The notes beneath the pieces are model-generated. The model had not been told where the DNA came from, made no database searches, and saw only the letters and a program-made list of their open reading frames with translations. Below, piece by piece: positions 8,050-17,694 of a stretch of DNA of 53,643 nt (positions are counted from its first letter, which is position 1; the number at the start of each line of letters is the position of its first letter). The stretch comes from a virus (lineage: Duplodnaviria > Caudoviricetes), in IMG/VR virus record IMGVR_UViG_3300034268_000054, positions 1 through 53,643 of that record, one strand, 5' to 3'. Made by a program: the position numbers and the translations under genes.

Positions 8050-9228
8050 TTATAGAACCTTCCCGGCGTGCGAAACTGAGACCGAGATGTGCCCGGCGTA
8101 TCCGGACTTCAACTCCCAGAGGTAGGCTTCGGCCGCACGTACCGTGCTGTTGTAGCCCATCTTTGTGATCCAGGATGACGGAGCAGCGAGCGAAGGAAGC
8201 CAGCGAAGGCGCACCCCTGTTTGTTCCATCATCATCATTCGGTGTTCGTGGCCGAGGTGAATCTCTCGGTGCGTCGTCTTCGGCCAATCCTTCGGATTCT
8301 CGCTGGCGATCAGCGCCACCAGCTCTTGGGGTTTTTCGTATCGACCATGCGTCCAGCCGATCAGGTTCGTTCCCCACCGCCTGTACTTTCGCATCATCGG
8401 CCCGCAATCCACGGTGACGTTCTCATCTCTCCGGAACCACGCGCCGAGAACCTGCGCGACGTGGAAGGTAAGAGCTTCGTCGTGATTGCCGGGGATGGAA
8501 ATCACCTCGACAGGCGCACGCTCCTTCAACCGGTTAATGGCTTCGATCAGTACGGCCTGCCCTTCGGAGACGATCTCGTAGTAGCTGCTCGCTACATCCT
8601 GCGGCGTGCCGTTAGTCGTCGCCTTCGCGAGCGTGTCAATGTGAAGGAAGTCATTCCCGACGGGGAAGATGATCTTGTCCACCTGATAAACCCGCGCCCT
8701 CTCCAGCAGCTCATCAATCACGTCCAAGAACATGCGGCTCGCCATCTTCAGGTTGTACTTCGCTCCCGTCTCGACCGCACGGGAGTAAAGACCGAGGTGA
8801 AGGTCAGGAACGCCGATCTCCAAGAGGTGTGACCGCTCCGGATAGAGCCTGGAGGACCGATACTCCCTTGCCTTCGCCCGTGGCCCGGACGCCGCGAGCT
8901 TTTCGAGCAGAGATTCCACGATGGCCGGCGATGGATTCGGCCGGAATGTACCCTTTGCCTGATAAGCTACGAAAGGTCCCCTCTTGTCCTGCTGCACCCA
9001 GGCGTTCGGCTTGAATGCCACCGTCTCATAGTCATCGGGAATCTGAGCAGCGTCGCGGAGATCCTGCTCAGTAATGAGCCCGATATGCCGGGTTCCGTTC
9101 TTTACCTCCATGGTCGTCTCGTCAACCGGAACCGACGTTACCTCTGTCGATCCGTCTTCGAGGCGTTTCGTTGAAACCTTGATCTTCTTGCTCGTCCCCT
9201 TCTTAACCTGGGGACCCTTGGATTTCAA
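8050..9228 (-). CDS. Calcineurin-like metallophosphoesterase
   Basis: DLHLG, GNDFLH, GNHD, THG and GHEH motifs in order. Confidence 0.85.
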   Translation of the reverse strand: MKSKGPQVKKGTSKKIKVSTKRLEDGSTEVTSVPVDETTMEVKNGTRHIGLITEQDLRDAAQIPDDYETVAFKPNAWVQQDKRGPFVAYQAKGTFRPNPSPAIVESLLEKLAASGPRAKAREYRSSRLYPERSHLLEIGVPDLHLGLYSRAVETGAKYNLKMASRMFLDVIDELLERARVYQVDKIIFPVGNDFLHIDTLAKATTNGTPQDVASSYYEIVSEGQAVLIEAINRLKERAPVEVISIPGNHDEALTFHVAQVLGAWFRRDENVTVDCGPMMRKYRRWGTNLIGWTHGRYEKPQELVALIASENPKDWPKTTHREIHLGHEHRMMMMEQTGVRLRWLPSLAAPSSWITKMGYNSTVRAAEAYLWELKSGYAGHISVSVSHAGKVL

Positions 9229-9692
9229 ACAGGGCTCTCCTTTTTCCTTCGCCGTGCCGAGCGCATCTTCTCGGACTTCCTTCGCTTGATGATCGTGCTC
9301 AGCTCGTCAAGGACTTCGCCGAGAAATCCATCGCCTCCGGGGCGGTCATCGATCAGATTGCCGGTAGCTTCTGCGTCCAGGATGATCGCGCAGCAGGCTA
9401 TGGCGTGCCCAAGGTGATGGACCTCGCTATCCTTCGCCTGTCGCTGGCCCTCGAACCACGAGTCGAGATGCCTTTTTGCCGCGTCGATATAGATGCTCGC
9501 GACTACCGCCTTATCTCTCCAGTTGTACGCTCCGTACTTCTCGGCTCCGTCCATCATCGCGTGCGCCCCGTGGGCAACTGCAACGGCAGGAAGCTTGGAC
9601 AGAGAAACCTTGATGTTGCCATACAGGTCTTTCGGGTTTGGGCCGGGCGCCTTCGACCTCGGCTTTACCGTCGCGCCTTTCCCTTCGGTCAT
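9225..9692 (-). CDS. DUF5664-like dATP/dGTP diphosphohydrolase
   Basis: GAEKYGAYNWR, DAAKRHL, DSEVHHLGHAIAC. Confidence 0.8.
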   Translation of the reverse strand: MTEGKGATVKPRSKAPGPNPKDLYGNIKVSLSKLPAVAVAHGAHAMMDGAEKYGAYNWRDKAVVASIYIDAAKRHLDSWFEGQRQAKDSEVHHLGHAIACCAIILDAEATGNLIDDRPGGDGFLGEVLDELSTIIKRRKSEKMRSARRRKKESPV

Positions 9693-10303
9693 TCCTTCCG
9701 CTTGCCCTCCTCGACGGCCACCGCGAACTCCTCGAAGGACGCCACCCGGCTTGCGCCATCAACGTCCCGTTCGCGGTTGTAGGGCCGGTCAACGAGATAG
9801 ACCCTGGTGTCCGGAGAATGCCTGACAGCCCACTGACAGTTCTCGGGACGATCGTCAACGAAAAAGTCGAGCTTGAGCGCTCCGCACAGGCTTCCCTTCG
9901 CCTCGGGATTGTCGGCGATCAAGACGGTCGGAAACGGAATCTGGGCTCTCTCCGTGAGCCACGTCTCGCTCTGACGTTTAGCCGTCTTGCCACCACGCGT
10001 CGTGATGAAGTAAAGGTCGTGAACCGAACGACTCAACCGAAACAGTGGCCGCAAGCTGCCAGGAACCGGATGGAGATTCCGCCAAAAATCGCGCGCGGAA
10101 CTCTCGACCTGTTCCCACATGAACGATTCCTCGCTCGGCTTAACATAGGCGCGGAAGTAGTTCCACTCCGCAGGGAAGTTGTCTGACTGGTCGGGGATGC
10201 CATTGTTGAGGTTCTCGCGGATGAAATCGATCAGCGATCGATTGAAGTCACAGAGAACGCCATCCATATCGATTCCGATTCTCAAGTAGCCTGATCCTCC
10301 CAC
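9689..10303 (-). CDS. HAD-family 5'(3')-deoxyribonucleotidase (NT5C-like)
   Basis: IGIDMDGVLCDF motif I; ITTR; VDDRPEN; RPYN. Confidence 0.85.
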   Translation of the reverse strand: MGGSGYLRIGIDMDGVLCDFNRSLIDFIRENLNNGIPDQSDNFPAEWNYFRAYVKPSEESFMWEQVESSARDFWRNLHPVPGSLRPLFRLSRSVHDLYFITTRGGKTAKRQSETWLTERAQIPFPTVLIADNPEAKGSLCGALKLDFFVDDRPENCQWAVRHSPDTRVYLVDRPYNRERDVDGASRVASFEEFAVAVEEGKRKE

Positions 10304-10312
10304 GGAATGTTT

Positions 10313-10912
10313 TTAGAAACGAATGACGCCGAGAATAGCGCCGCTACCGCTGGCCCTGCCCCCGTAGATATCGAGGTCGGCCTCGATCTTCAGGGTTACT
10401 TTCCAGACGCGCCCCAAGTCCTTGGCGCCGTGAATCCGGGCGCCCTGGCCGAGCGCCGAGTGATAGACGACTCCGAGCCCTACCTCCGTGTCCCCGCCCA
10501 GCTCAGCGAACGGGGCTCGCTTCGGCGCGATCTTGACCTCGGTCACGCCCTTCTCGTTCACGGTCACCAGGGCTGTCCCGCCGTGGGCGAGCTTGCCGGT
10601 ATCGACCTCAGTCAGGATCTCGCGACCGACCTCATCAAGCTTCAAGTCGTACTTCTCTTCGATCGCTTCCTGCTGCTTCGGCGAGGGCTTGTAGACCACC
10701 ACCTCTTTCATGACCACCTGCGGCACCATCTTCGTGATGATCTTGGTTTTCGGCGCCACCCGCGGTAGCGGCCGGTCGTAGCTCTCGGGCGCGGCGATCC
10801 ATCGCAAGTCGGGCCAGTAGTGCTGTCCAACGATTCCGGCGACGAGCAGCAACCCGAGAAGTAGCGCGCCGTACGCCACGGGCCGGCTAAGCCCCGGGAT
10901 TCTCTTTAGCAT
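10313..10912 (-). CDS. Membrane-anchored protein in lysis cassette (possible spanin-like)
   Basis: N-terminal TM helix, beta-rich C-terminus; follows the holin candidate. Confidence 0.5.
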   Translation of the reverse strand: MLKRIPGLSRPVAYGALLLGLLLVAGIVGQHYWPDLRWIAAPESYDRPLPRVAPKTKIITKMVPQVVMKEVVVYKPSPKQQEAIEEKYDLKLDEVGREILTEVDTGKLAHGGTALVTVNEKGVTEVKIAPKRAPFAELGGDTEVGLGVVYHSALGQGARIHGAKDLGRVWKVTLKIEADLDIYGGRASGSGAILGVIRF

Positions 10913-11156
10913 CGACACCCCCTTTCTTCTGCATCGCGTCAGAGACTTTTCCAACGCCCTTGTAGGCCAGCCAGCTCCCGAGCACCAGGGTCACGAAGGT
11001 CGTAGTCGTGCCTGCGTTTCCATTCCACCAGCTCGCGGCCGAGTCCAATCCTCCCGCGCCGAAGAGCCAGATCAGCACGACGGCGTACGTCATGAGGTGC
11101 GCCGGGAGGGCGCTCACTCCAGTGAGCCGCGTCAGGAAGTCGGTTAAGCGATTCAC
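10887..11156 (-). CDS. Putative holin
   Basis: GTG start overlapping the lysozyme stop; two hydrophobic segments and a charged tail. Confidence 0.6.
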   Translation of the reverse strand: MNRLTDFLTRLTGVSALPAHLMTYAVVLIWLFGAGGLDSAASWWNGNAGTTTTFVTLVLGSWLAYKGVGKVSDAMQKKGGVDAKENPGA

Positions 11157-11689
11157 GCCGTCACCTTCGCCGACTCGGCGGGAACCACCGGAATGAAAGC
11201 GGTGTCCGTCAGCCACAGCTTCCGCTCTGCCCACCTACGGCGGGTGAGCCCCGCACTTTCCACCTTGTGACCCTGAATGGTCGTCTTGTTCCAACGGAGC
11301 AACTGCGCCGGAACCGCGTCATAGCTGCCCTGATTCAGCAGGCGAAGCAGCGTGCAGGTGTCTTCGGAGAAGATCTCGCCACCGACGTTGAAGACGAAGC
11401 AGACGAGAGCGCTAAACTGGTTATCGTTAAGCTTCACCTTCACCTTAGCGTTGACCGCCCGCTCCGCCTCTGCTACATCGCCAGCCTGAATCTTGTCCGC
11501 CATCTCTCGCGTGATCGGCTTCCGGAGATGCTTCTCGGAAGGCCGAATCTTGTGACCCCACCCAACCGTCGCGTAGCCTTTCACCTTGCTCCAGTCCGTG
11601 ATGTCCTTGCCGGTTGCATCATCATACGGAACCAAGCGCAGCTTCTCGAAGCCCTTCAGCACGCCGATGCCCTGTTCGTTGATCCTCAA
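11153..11689 (-). CDS. Endolysin, GH24 lysozyme
   Basis: FEKLRLVPYDD, TVGWGH, QFSALVCFVFNVG, GLTRRRWAE. Confidence 0.92.
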   Translation of the reverse strand: MRINEQGIGVLKGFEKLRLVPYDDATGKDITDWSKVKGYATVGWGHKIRPSEKHLRKPITREMADKIQAGDVAEAERAVNAKVKVKLNDNQFSALVCFVFNVGGEIFSEDTCTLLRLLNQGSYDAVPAQLLRWNKTTIQGHKVESAGLTRRRWAERKLWLTDTAFIPVVPAESAKVTA

Positions 11690-11731
11690 GTTACCTCCTA
11701 ATGGCTTGAGGGGGTCACCAGCACGGGATGC

Positions 11732-11784
11732 AGAATACCCGGTCGGTGATGCCCCCTCAAGCGGTTTGTGTCACGAGTGAAACG
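11732..11784 (-). promoter_or_regulatory. Lysis promoter with upstream dyad (site 3)
   Basis: CGTTTCA-CTCG-TGACA-CAAACCGC-TTGAGG-17-TATTCT; overlapped by an inverted repeat at 11704-11762. Confidence 0.7.
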
Positions 11785-11790
11785 GAATCT

Positions 11791-12054
11791 CTACGGCGTC
11801 GCGTTGCGCTCGATCTTGTCCAGCAACCTCTCGATCAGGCGCTTCACGTCCTGCATCTCCCGGAGGATGTTCTGGTAGTTTGCCTCGGAAACACTCTGGG
11901 CCGAGGACAGTCTCGCCAGCTCCGAAGTGAAGTGTTCCTGTCTGTTTTCAAGCTTCTCGATTCGATCTGCGTAGGACTTCCAAAAGTAGCGCACGATCGG
12001 AAGAACAACCGTGCTTACCGCGAAGCTTGCGATACTGAATACCAACTCGGTCAC
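11791..12054 (-). CDS. Small TM plus coiled-coil protein
   Basis: Hydrophobic N-terminus then a heptad pattern; lies between ejection and lysis genes. Confidence 0.65.
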   Translation of the reverse strand: MTELVFSIASFAVSTVVLPIVRYFWKSYADRIEKLENRQEHFTSELARLSSAQSVSEANYQNILREMQDVKRLIERLLDKIERNATP

Positions 12055-12084
12055 GCGTGCCCGCCCCCTAGACAGGCTTACTGG

Positions 12085-15000
12085 TTACTGGTCGTTCTCC
12101 GCCGCCTGGAGGAAGTCGCGAACGGCCAAATTGGTTGTGCCGGCCACCTGAGTAGCCATGGTGTCGATGTCGAGCAGAAGGTGCGCTCGATCCTGGGGGG
12201 TCAACCCTTCGGAAGCCATTATCTGACGCCGCGCGGTTCTCAGCTTGGCGAGCTTCTTCTTCGTCTCCGAAAGGATTGAGCTTGCCACGATACCCGGGTT
12301 CTTCTTCATCACGTCCAGGTAGGCTTCAGCGTTCCCCTTCTTCTTGAGGTCCGACATGGTTGTCTTGGCGATCCCAACCTCTTTCTCAAGCTTGTAGAAC
12401 TCAGCCACCGGCCTAGATCCAAAGCCGATGGGCCTTGCGCTCCGGAACCCGAGAAACGTTGCAACGCCAAGAGGATCGCTCGCGACTTTCTGGTCCTGCC
12501 CCATGGCTTTGTCCGCCAGGGTCATACCCTGCTTTCCCAGGGTGGCGAAGGTTCCCTCGACCATGTGCTTCGCGATGTACGGCGAAGTCCCGGTCATCTT
12601 CCCGAGCGCCAGCGCCGAAGGCCCGAGCGTGTCCTCCCCCTGGTACTCCGGGAGAATGTCCTGCTCGCCCTCGGGAATCACCGGAGCGTCGCGGAAGGTG
12701 TCGTAGTTGAAAGCCGACTCGGCCATCGGCTCGAAGGCGGTCGGGATGAGGTCGATATAGTTCTTCGGATTGAACGGCGTGTAACCATCAACGCCAGCAC
12801 CAGCAAGGTAATGCAAGGGAGTCGCCTCAACAACCTGATTAAGGAACGCCTTGCCGGCCTCCGGGTCCTTGCCGTTGACGTGCTGCAACATCTTCTCCGC
12901 GCCATACCCGAACAGAACGTTCATCAAACCGATCGGCCGCGGAATACGCAGGTAGCTTCCGTCAGAGAACTTGTGGGGGTGATAGAACATCGCCTTGTCC
13001 CACTCCTGAAGCTTCTGGTAGTCCTCGTCATCCTTGTTGATGGCGTAGTTAATCATGGCCGGGAGAGTCACATAAGCGAGCAGCTTCAGTCCGGTTGCGA
13101 CAGGACGCTCCGTCATCCTCTTGCGGAAGATGTCGATATCCTGAAGCTCAGCGTTAGCGAACGCTTCGATCATGTTCCACTTCTGGGCCGAGTTTCCGTA
13201 CCTCCTGAAATCGATCGTGATGTCTCTTGCCTCGACGCCGGCTTCCATCTGCGTCGCCCCGCCCTCGCGGGCTCGGATGTACGATCCAACGCGAGTGCCT
13301 AGCTCAAGCTGCTTCGACAAGATCGAAAGCGGGAACAGCGCACCCTCTCTCCGAATGAAGCCGCGGAAATCCTTGTAGATCTGCCCCGGCCCCTTATCCT
13401 TCGTCAAGTCTTGCAGCTCGTACGCGGCCCCCTTCATGTCCACTGACACCTTGTCGCCCTGCAATGCGCCGACCGAATGCATCTCATCGTAGAAATCCGC
13501 AAGGTGCGGAGCGAGTCGCTTGGCGAAGGGGCTCGCGGCGACCATTCCCTTCACGAGGTCGTAGTAGGGAACGTAACCATACTTCGAGTTGACAGCCGCG
13601 GTCTGCTGGTCGCGAAGGGGGTTGCGGAGAATGAACCCGAGCCCCAGGGTCGCGCCGGCTCGACGCATCGAAGCGAAGAACGACAGGCCCTTCATGATGA
13701 GATCAGCCTGCCCAGGATTCAGAGACTCCAGCGCAGACATGACTTCGTTCGACGCGCGGTATGCGTACCGCTCGCCATTCCGGAACACAGCGAATGTGTC
13801 CTTCTTTTCGAGCACCATCGGGGCGTTTTTGAGAGGCTTGCCGTTCTGCGTCACCTGCTCAACTTCGTTCACGTTTCCGTTGGCATCCGCGAGGTCGGCC
13901 AGATAGTTCCGAATCCTCTGGCGGTCTACCCACTTCTGAATCTGCTGCGCCTTGAGCACCATAGACTCCAGGGGATTGACGATCCCGGCGTCGATGTCGC
14001 TGTGAATCTTTCCAACCGGATTCTTTTTGCCTGTCGTGTTGACCGGCTTCAAGTCCCCGTTCAGCTCCTCCATCAACCGGAAGAATGGCGCGTACTTCTC
14101 GTTCTGATCCAGAATTGCCTGATACTTCTCCTTCGAGAGGAATCCGACCTCGCGAAGGGGATCAAGAACCGCACGCTTCGACCAGTCGCGCACGTCGTCA
14201 GCAAGACCGGTCAACTCGTTAATACGCGTTCCCCACCGGCTCTCGATCATCTGCTTCGTCTCCCTGGCGCGCTGCACTGCGTCAGGATTCACGTCAATCG
14301 CTCCGGCCAAGCTCGGGCGCTTCGGGATAGCGGCCTTCGCGTTCTCATACGCCTGCATCCGAGCGACCCGGGTTGCACGGTCGGGCGACTTGGTTTGCAG
14401 GTCCAGCTTCGCCTGCCTCGCGACATTCAGGGCATTCCGGTAAGCGCCCTTCTCGGCGGCGTACTGCGCCTCCGAAGCCTGACGCCTGTCGTGAAGCTCG
14501 ATCTGCCGCTCCGCCGCCATGTAACGCGAGAGGTCTTTCATCGTTTCGGAATCAACGCCGCCGATGATCTGCTTCAGCCCTCGCCCGGTGTACCGATAGC
14601 CCCCGATATTCGGATCGTAGATCCTGGTACCGCGAGTGATCGGGTATCGAGCGATGTCAGCGACGCCTCTGCTGAGGGAGACCAGCCTGGGAAGCGTCTC
14701 GTCTCCGACCTTCTTCGCCACCCTTACGAGAGGCGCCTCCCGATCAAACCACTGGTCATAGAGATGACGGCCGAAGTTCTGAATTGCTTCCGAGAACGTC
14801 TTGCCGTTATTGACGCTGCTGTAATCCGTGATGTCCTGGTCGTTCGGGTAGACCACTTTGGCAGGTGTCGGATTCTTTTTCCAGTTTGCCGGGTTGAACA
14901 TCGCCGTGTTAATGGCACCGGCCTGTCCGCTCATCTCCGGAGAAGCCCCGGGCGCCTGTACTCGCGGAGCCTGAAGGTTGTTCCTGGCATACGATCCGCC

Positions 15001-17679
15001 AAGAAGGGCTGCAAGCTCGTCATCGATCTCAGGAGCATCGATCGCATGGGTGTCCGGCGTCAGCTCGGCCCGATCTGTCATCGGATGAACCGGAACGTGT
15101 TCGTCCGCGCCCATCGCCATCAAGGCTCTCGTCTGTGTCGCGTTCGGCCTCCCGCCCTCCACTCGTACCCTACCGTCCGCGCCGATCACCGCCTTTACTT
15201 CTCCAGGGTTGACCCTCACGTCAACCGCTGACACATCGTTAATGATCGGAACGATCTGGCCGCCCGGGGTGATGCGCAGGTACTGCTCTTTCTTTGCTAC
15301 CCGGTTAATAGCTTCCGGCGACACGTCCGATCCGCCGTGATCCATGGCGTCGGCAATGGTCGGGTCCTCTTCGCGCGTCACCTGTTCGATCCGCTGGACA
15401 AGCTCCTCAGGCAGCAAACCCATCTCTTCTGGAAGCAGGCCGGCTTTCTGTTCGGCATACGGCCGAGCTTGAGCCGGAACGAAGTCGGCATCGCCCGCGA
15501 CCGGCATCGACCCGTCCGGGCGCCGAAGCTGAGGTCCGAAGTTCACCCAGGAGTTCTGACCGCGCGTCTCCGTCGTTAGCGCTCGACGCGCACCCTCGGA
15601 ATACATCTTGGCGTGCGTCTGATAGGCGTTCTCCTCGCCGCGGGGACCGAACTGATATCCCTCCTTGGCGTGGCCGAAGTAATCATGGACGGCGCGAAAG
15701 ACATCGTTGTAAGTGAGTGGTACTCCGCCAGCTTCCACACCAACCCTCTCGGCCAGTGGATGATCCGCCGGCATATCGCCACCAGTGAAAAAGAACAGGT
15801 GGTTGTTGTCGCGGACATCTGCGATCATCTGATCCGAGCTGCCGTAGGGTTGGCCCTCGTTAACCCACGGCTCAAACTTGACGCCGCGACCGGTCAGGAA
15901 TTGCCACTGGTCAAGAGTTTCGTTCTTGAAGTCCTGGTATGCCCTGGCAACCTCGGGATTGTTAGGATCGTGCCGCAGAGAATCGTAGGCGTCGGCCACC
16001 CTCTTCCCGAGTTCCTGATCCAGTGACGAATACTTGCCCTCGAAGTCCAGCGGAGGAGCGCCATTGCGAGAGACGTATTCTCTCGCGATTTGGCGAACCT
16101 GTTCGTTCGGAGCCGTGGGCGGCTTGCGGGACGGGCCTACGATCTGAGGCGTTGCGGCCTCGGCCGTGGCGTCCGCCATGTCGGCCGGCAAAGTTGCTCC
16201 GGTTTCCCTGGCAATCTTCTCAAACGTCTTGTTCCACTTCGCCTGGACTCGGCGCTGAGCCTCCTGAGTTACGGCCTGCCGAACCTCTTCCAGTCGGCTC
16301 GCCTTTGAATCGAGCCCGTCCGGTAGAAACGCTTCCGAACGCAGGCGCTCGCGAGCCCTGGCATCGGAGATGACCGCCGGCTGCGCCTTGCTCAGCTCGT
16401 CGGGAAGGAATGCATCACCAGCGCTTTGCTGCTCGATCAGCCAGTCCGCATCCTTAATTTGGGAGCCGAGTTTGGACAGCGCCTTTTTCGTCTCAACATC
16501 CAGCTCGACCGAGTACGCGTCCATCGCGGCTCGCCACGTCGAGTCGTAGTCAGCAACCCGGCGCGCTGCTACATCCGCATCGCTCGATACTCCGCTCTCT
16601 CGATTGGAGGCAACTTTCTCCGTGACCTCGGTGCTCGCGTGGAAGCGAGCCGACACACCGTGAAGAGCGCCGCCCGTAAAGCCGCCGACGATGCCGGAAT
16701 TCATCATGCGGTCAGCAAGGTTTCCAGCCTCTCGCCCCTGAAGGCGCTGCCACGCGTATGAGTTGGCTTCCTGAAGACTTTCGGTCAGCCCCTCCTTCAG
16801 GGCAGCATTCCGAATGTCTCTCCACAGCGCGTAGCTGGCTGCGTGAGGGAGCTTCGTTCCGATCACTCCCTCGATGCCGACGCGCTCCAGAATGCCGCCG
16901 ACGACGCCTTGACCGATCGCACCGAGAAGCGCGGTTCTCTTGTCCGTTCCGTCCTCTTTGGCTTGGCTGTACTCAGGAAGGCCGGCGATGGCGCCGCCGA
17001 GCATCACTGCCCCGGTTCCGCCGCCCGTCGCGAGAATGGCAAGGGTTGAGGGAAGGCCGCGAGTAACGGCCTCAGTCACGGCACTTGCCTTGCCGAAGAA
17101 ACCCTTGCGGTTCTTTAGATCATTGATGACGCCCTCGCTCTCGGGAGCGAGTTCGTCGGCGCCCGACTTCATGTCGGCTCGAATGCTCGCGGCGCCGCTT
17201 CCGTAGGCCCTGACGCCCTGGAGGTACTTATCCTTTACACCTTCAAGCGCGTCGATCCCGAGCGTAGGAATATGAGATACGATGCCGGCATTGATGTCGG
17301 CGCCCAGCTCGGCCGCGGCAGGCACGATAGCCGCCAAGTCCACGATTCCCGCGCCGAGCGAACGAGCGTGACGCTTGAAGCCGCCAGACTCGTCCTTTCC
17401 GTACATTTGCTCTTGCTGCGCACGGGGATCAACGTCGATGGTGGGCAAGGCGCCACCGGCTCGCAGCTCTTCGCCGTACCGGGACATTTCGCGGTGCTGA
17501 CGGCCCGGCTTGAATCGCTGAAGTGGGACGGTCTGCTGTCCGCCGGCCGCAGCGATGTCCGCGCCGAGTAGCGAAAGATCACGGCGCGGACGGCTTGGCA
17601 GAAAGCTGTCCCACAGATTTTCAGGCTCTTCGTCGGCAGCTCCGCCATTGGACAGAAAACTGTCCCACAGATTGCTCAT
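12085..17679 (-). CDS. Large polyvalent internal virion/ejection protein with LPD38-like C-terminus
   Basis: 1864 aa; last gene of the ejection cluster; YLRIPRPIG and NYDTFRDAPVIPE C-terminal motifs; internal HDYFGH domain. Confidence 0.8.
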   Translation of the reverse strand: MSNLWDSFLSNGGAADEEPENLWDSFLPSRPRRDLSLLGADIAAAGGQQTVPLQRFKPGRQHREMSRYGEELRAGGALPTIDVDPRAQQEQMYGKDESGGFKRHARSLGAGIVDLAAIVPAAAELGADINAGIVSHIPTLGIDALEGVKDKYLQGVRAYGSGAASIRADMKSGADELAPESEGVINDLKNRKGFFGKASAVTEAVTRGLPSTLAILATGGGTGAVMLGGAIAGLPEYSQAKEDGTDKRTALLGAIGQGVVGGILERVGIEGVIGTKLPHAASYALWRDIRNAALKEGLTESLQEANSYAWQRLQGREAGNLADRMMNSGIVGGFTGGALHGVSARFHASTEVTEKVASNRESGVSSDADVAARRVADYDSTWRAAMDAYSVELDVETKKALSKLGSQIKDADWLIEQQSAGDAFLPDELSKAQPAVISDARARERLRSEAFLPDGLDSKASRLEEVRQAVTQEAQRRVQAKWNKTFEKIARETGATLPADMADATAEAATPQIVGPSRKPPTAPNEQVRQIAREYVSRNGAPPLDFEGKYSSLDQELGKRVADAYDSLRHDPNNPEVARAYQDFKNETLDQWQFLTGRGVKFEPWVNEGQPYGSSDQMIADVRDNNHLFFFTGGDMPADHPLAERVGVEAGGVPLTYNDVFRAVHDYFGHAKEGYQFGPRGEENAYQTHAKMYSEGARRALTTETRGQNSWVNFGPQLRRPDGSMPVAGDADFVPAQARPYAEQKAGLLPEEMGLLPEELVQRIEQVTREEDPTIADAMDHGGSDVSPEAINRVAKKEQYLRITPGGQIVPIINDVSAVDVRVNPGEVKAVIGADGRVRVEGGRPNATQTRALMAMGADEHVPVHPMTDRAELTPDTHAIDAPEIDDELAALLGGSYARNNLQAPRVQAPGASPEMSGQAGAINTAMFNPANWKKNPTPAKVVYPNDQDITDYSSVNNGKTFSEAIQNFGRHLYDQWFDREAPLVRVAKKVGDETLPRLVSLSRGVADIARYPITRGTRIYDPNIGGYRYTGRGLKQIIGGVDSETMKDLSRYMAAERQIELHDRRQASEAQYAAEKGAYRNALNVARQAKLDLQTKSPDRATRVARMQAYENAKAAIPKRPSLAGAIDVNPDAVQRARETKQMIESRWGTRINELTGLADDVRDWSKRAVLDPLREVGFLSKEKYQAILDQNEKYAPFFRLMEELNGDLKPVNTTGKKNPVGKIHSDIDAGIVNPLESMVLKAQQIQKWVDRQRIRNYLADLADANGNVNEVEQVTQNGKPLKNAPMVLEKKDTFAVFRNGERYAYRASNEVMSALESLNPGQADLIMKGLSFFASMRRAGATLGLGFILRNPLRDQQTAAVNSKYGYVPYYDLVKGMVAASPFAKRLAPHLADFYDEMHSVGALQGDKVSVDMKGAAYELQDLTKDKGPGQIYKDFRGFIRREGALFPLSILSKQLELGTRVGSYIRAREGGATQMEAGVEARDITIDFRRYGNSAQKWNMIEAFANAELQDIDIFRKRMTERPVATGLKLLAYVTLPAMINYAINKDDEDYQKLQEWDKAMFYHPHKFSDGSYLRIPRPIGLMNVLFGYGAEKMLQHVNGKDPEAGKAFLNQVVEATPLHYLAGAGVDGYTPFNPKNYIDLIPTAFEPMAESAFNYDTFRDAPVIPEGEQDILPEYQGEDTLGPSALALGKMTGTSPYIAKHMVEGTFATLGKQGMTLADKAMGQDQKVASDPLGVATFLGFRSARPIGFGSRPVAEFYKLEKEVGIAKTTMSDLKKKGNAEAYLDVMKKNPGIVASSILSETKKKLAKLRTARRQIMASEGLTPQDRAHLLLDIDTMATQVAGTTNLAVRDFLQAAENDQ

Positions 17680-17694
17680 GACCCTCCGATTGAT

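Noticed and set aside
9225-9692. 2-aminoadenine (Z) genome pathway
   Set aside because: DUF5664-like gene present, but no PurZ and no dedicated DNA polymerase seen
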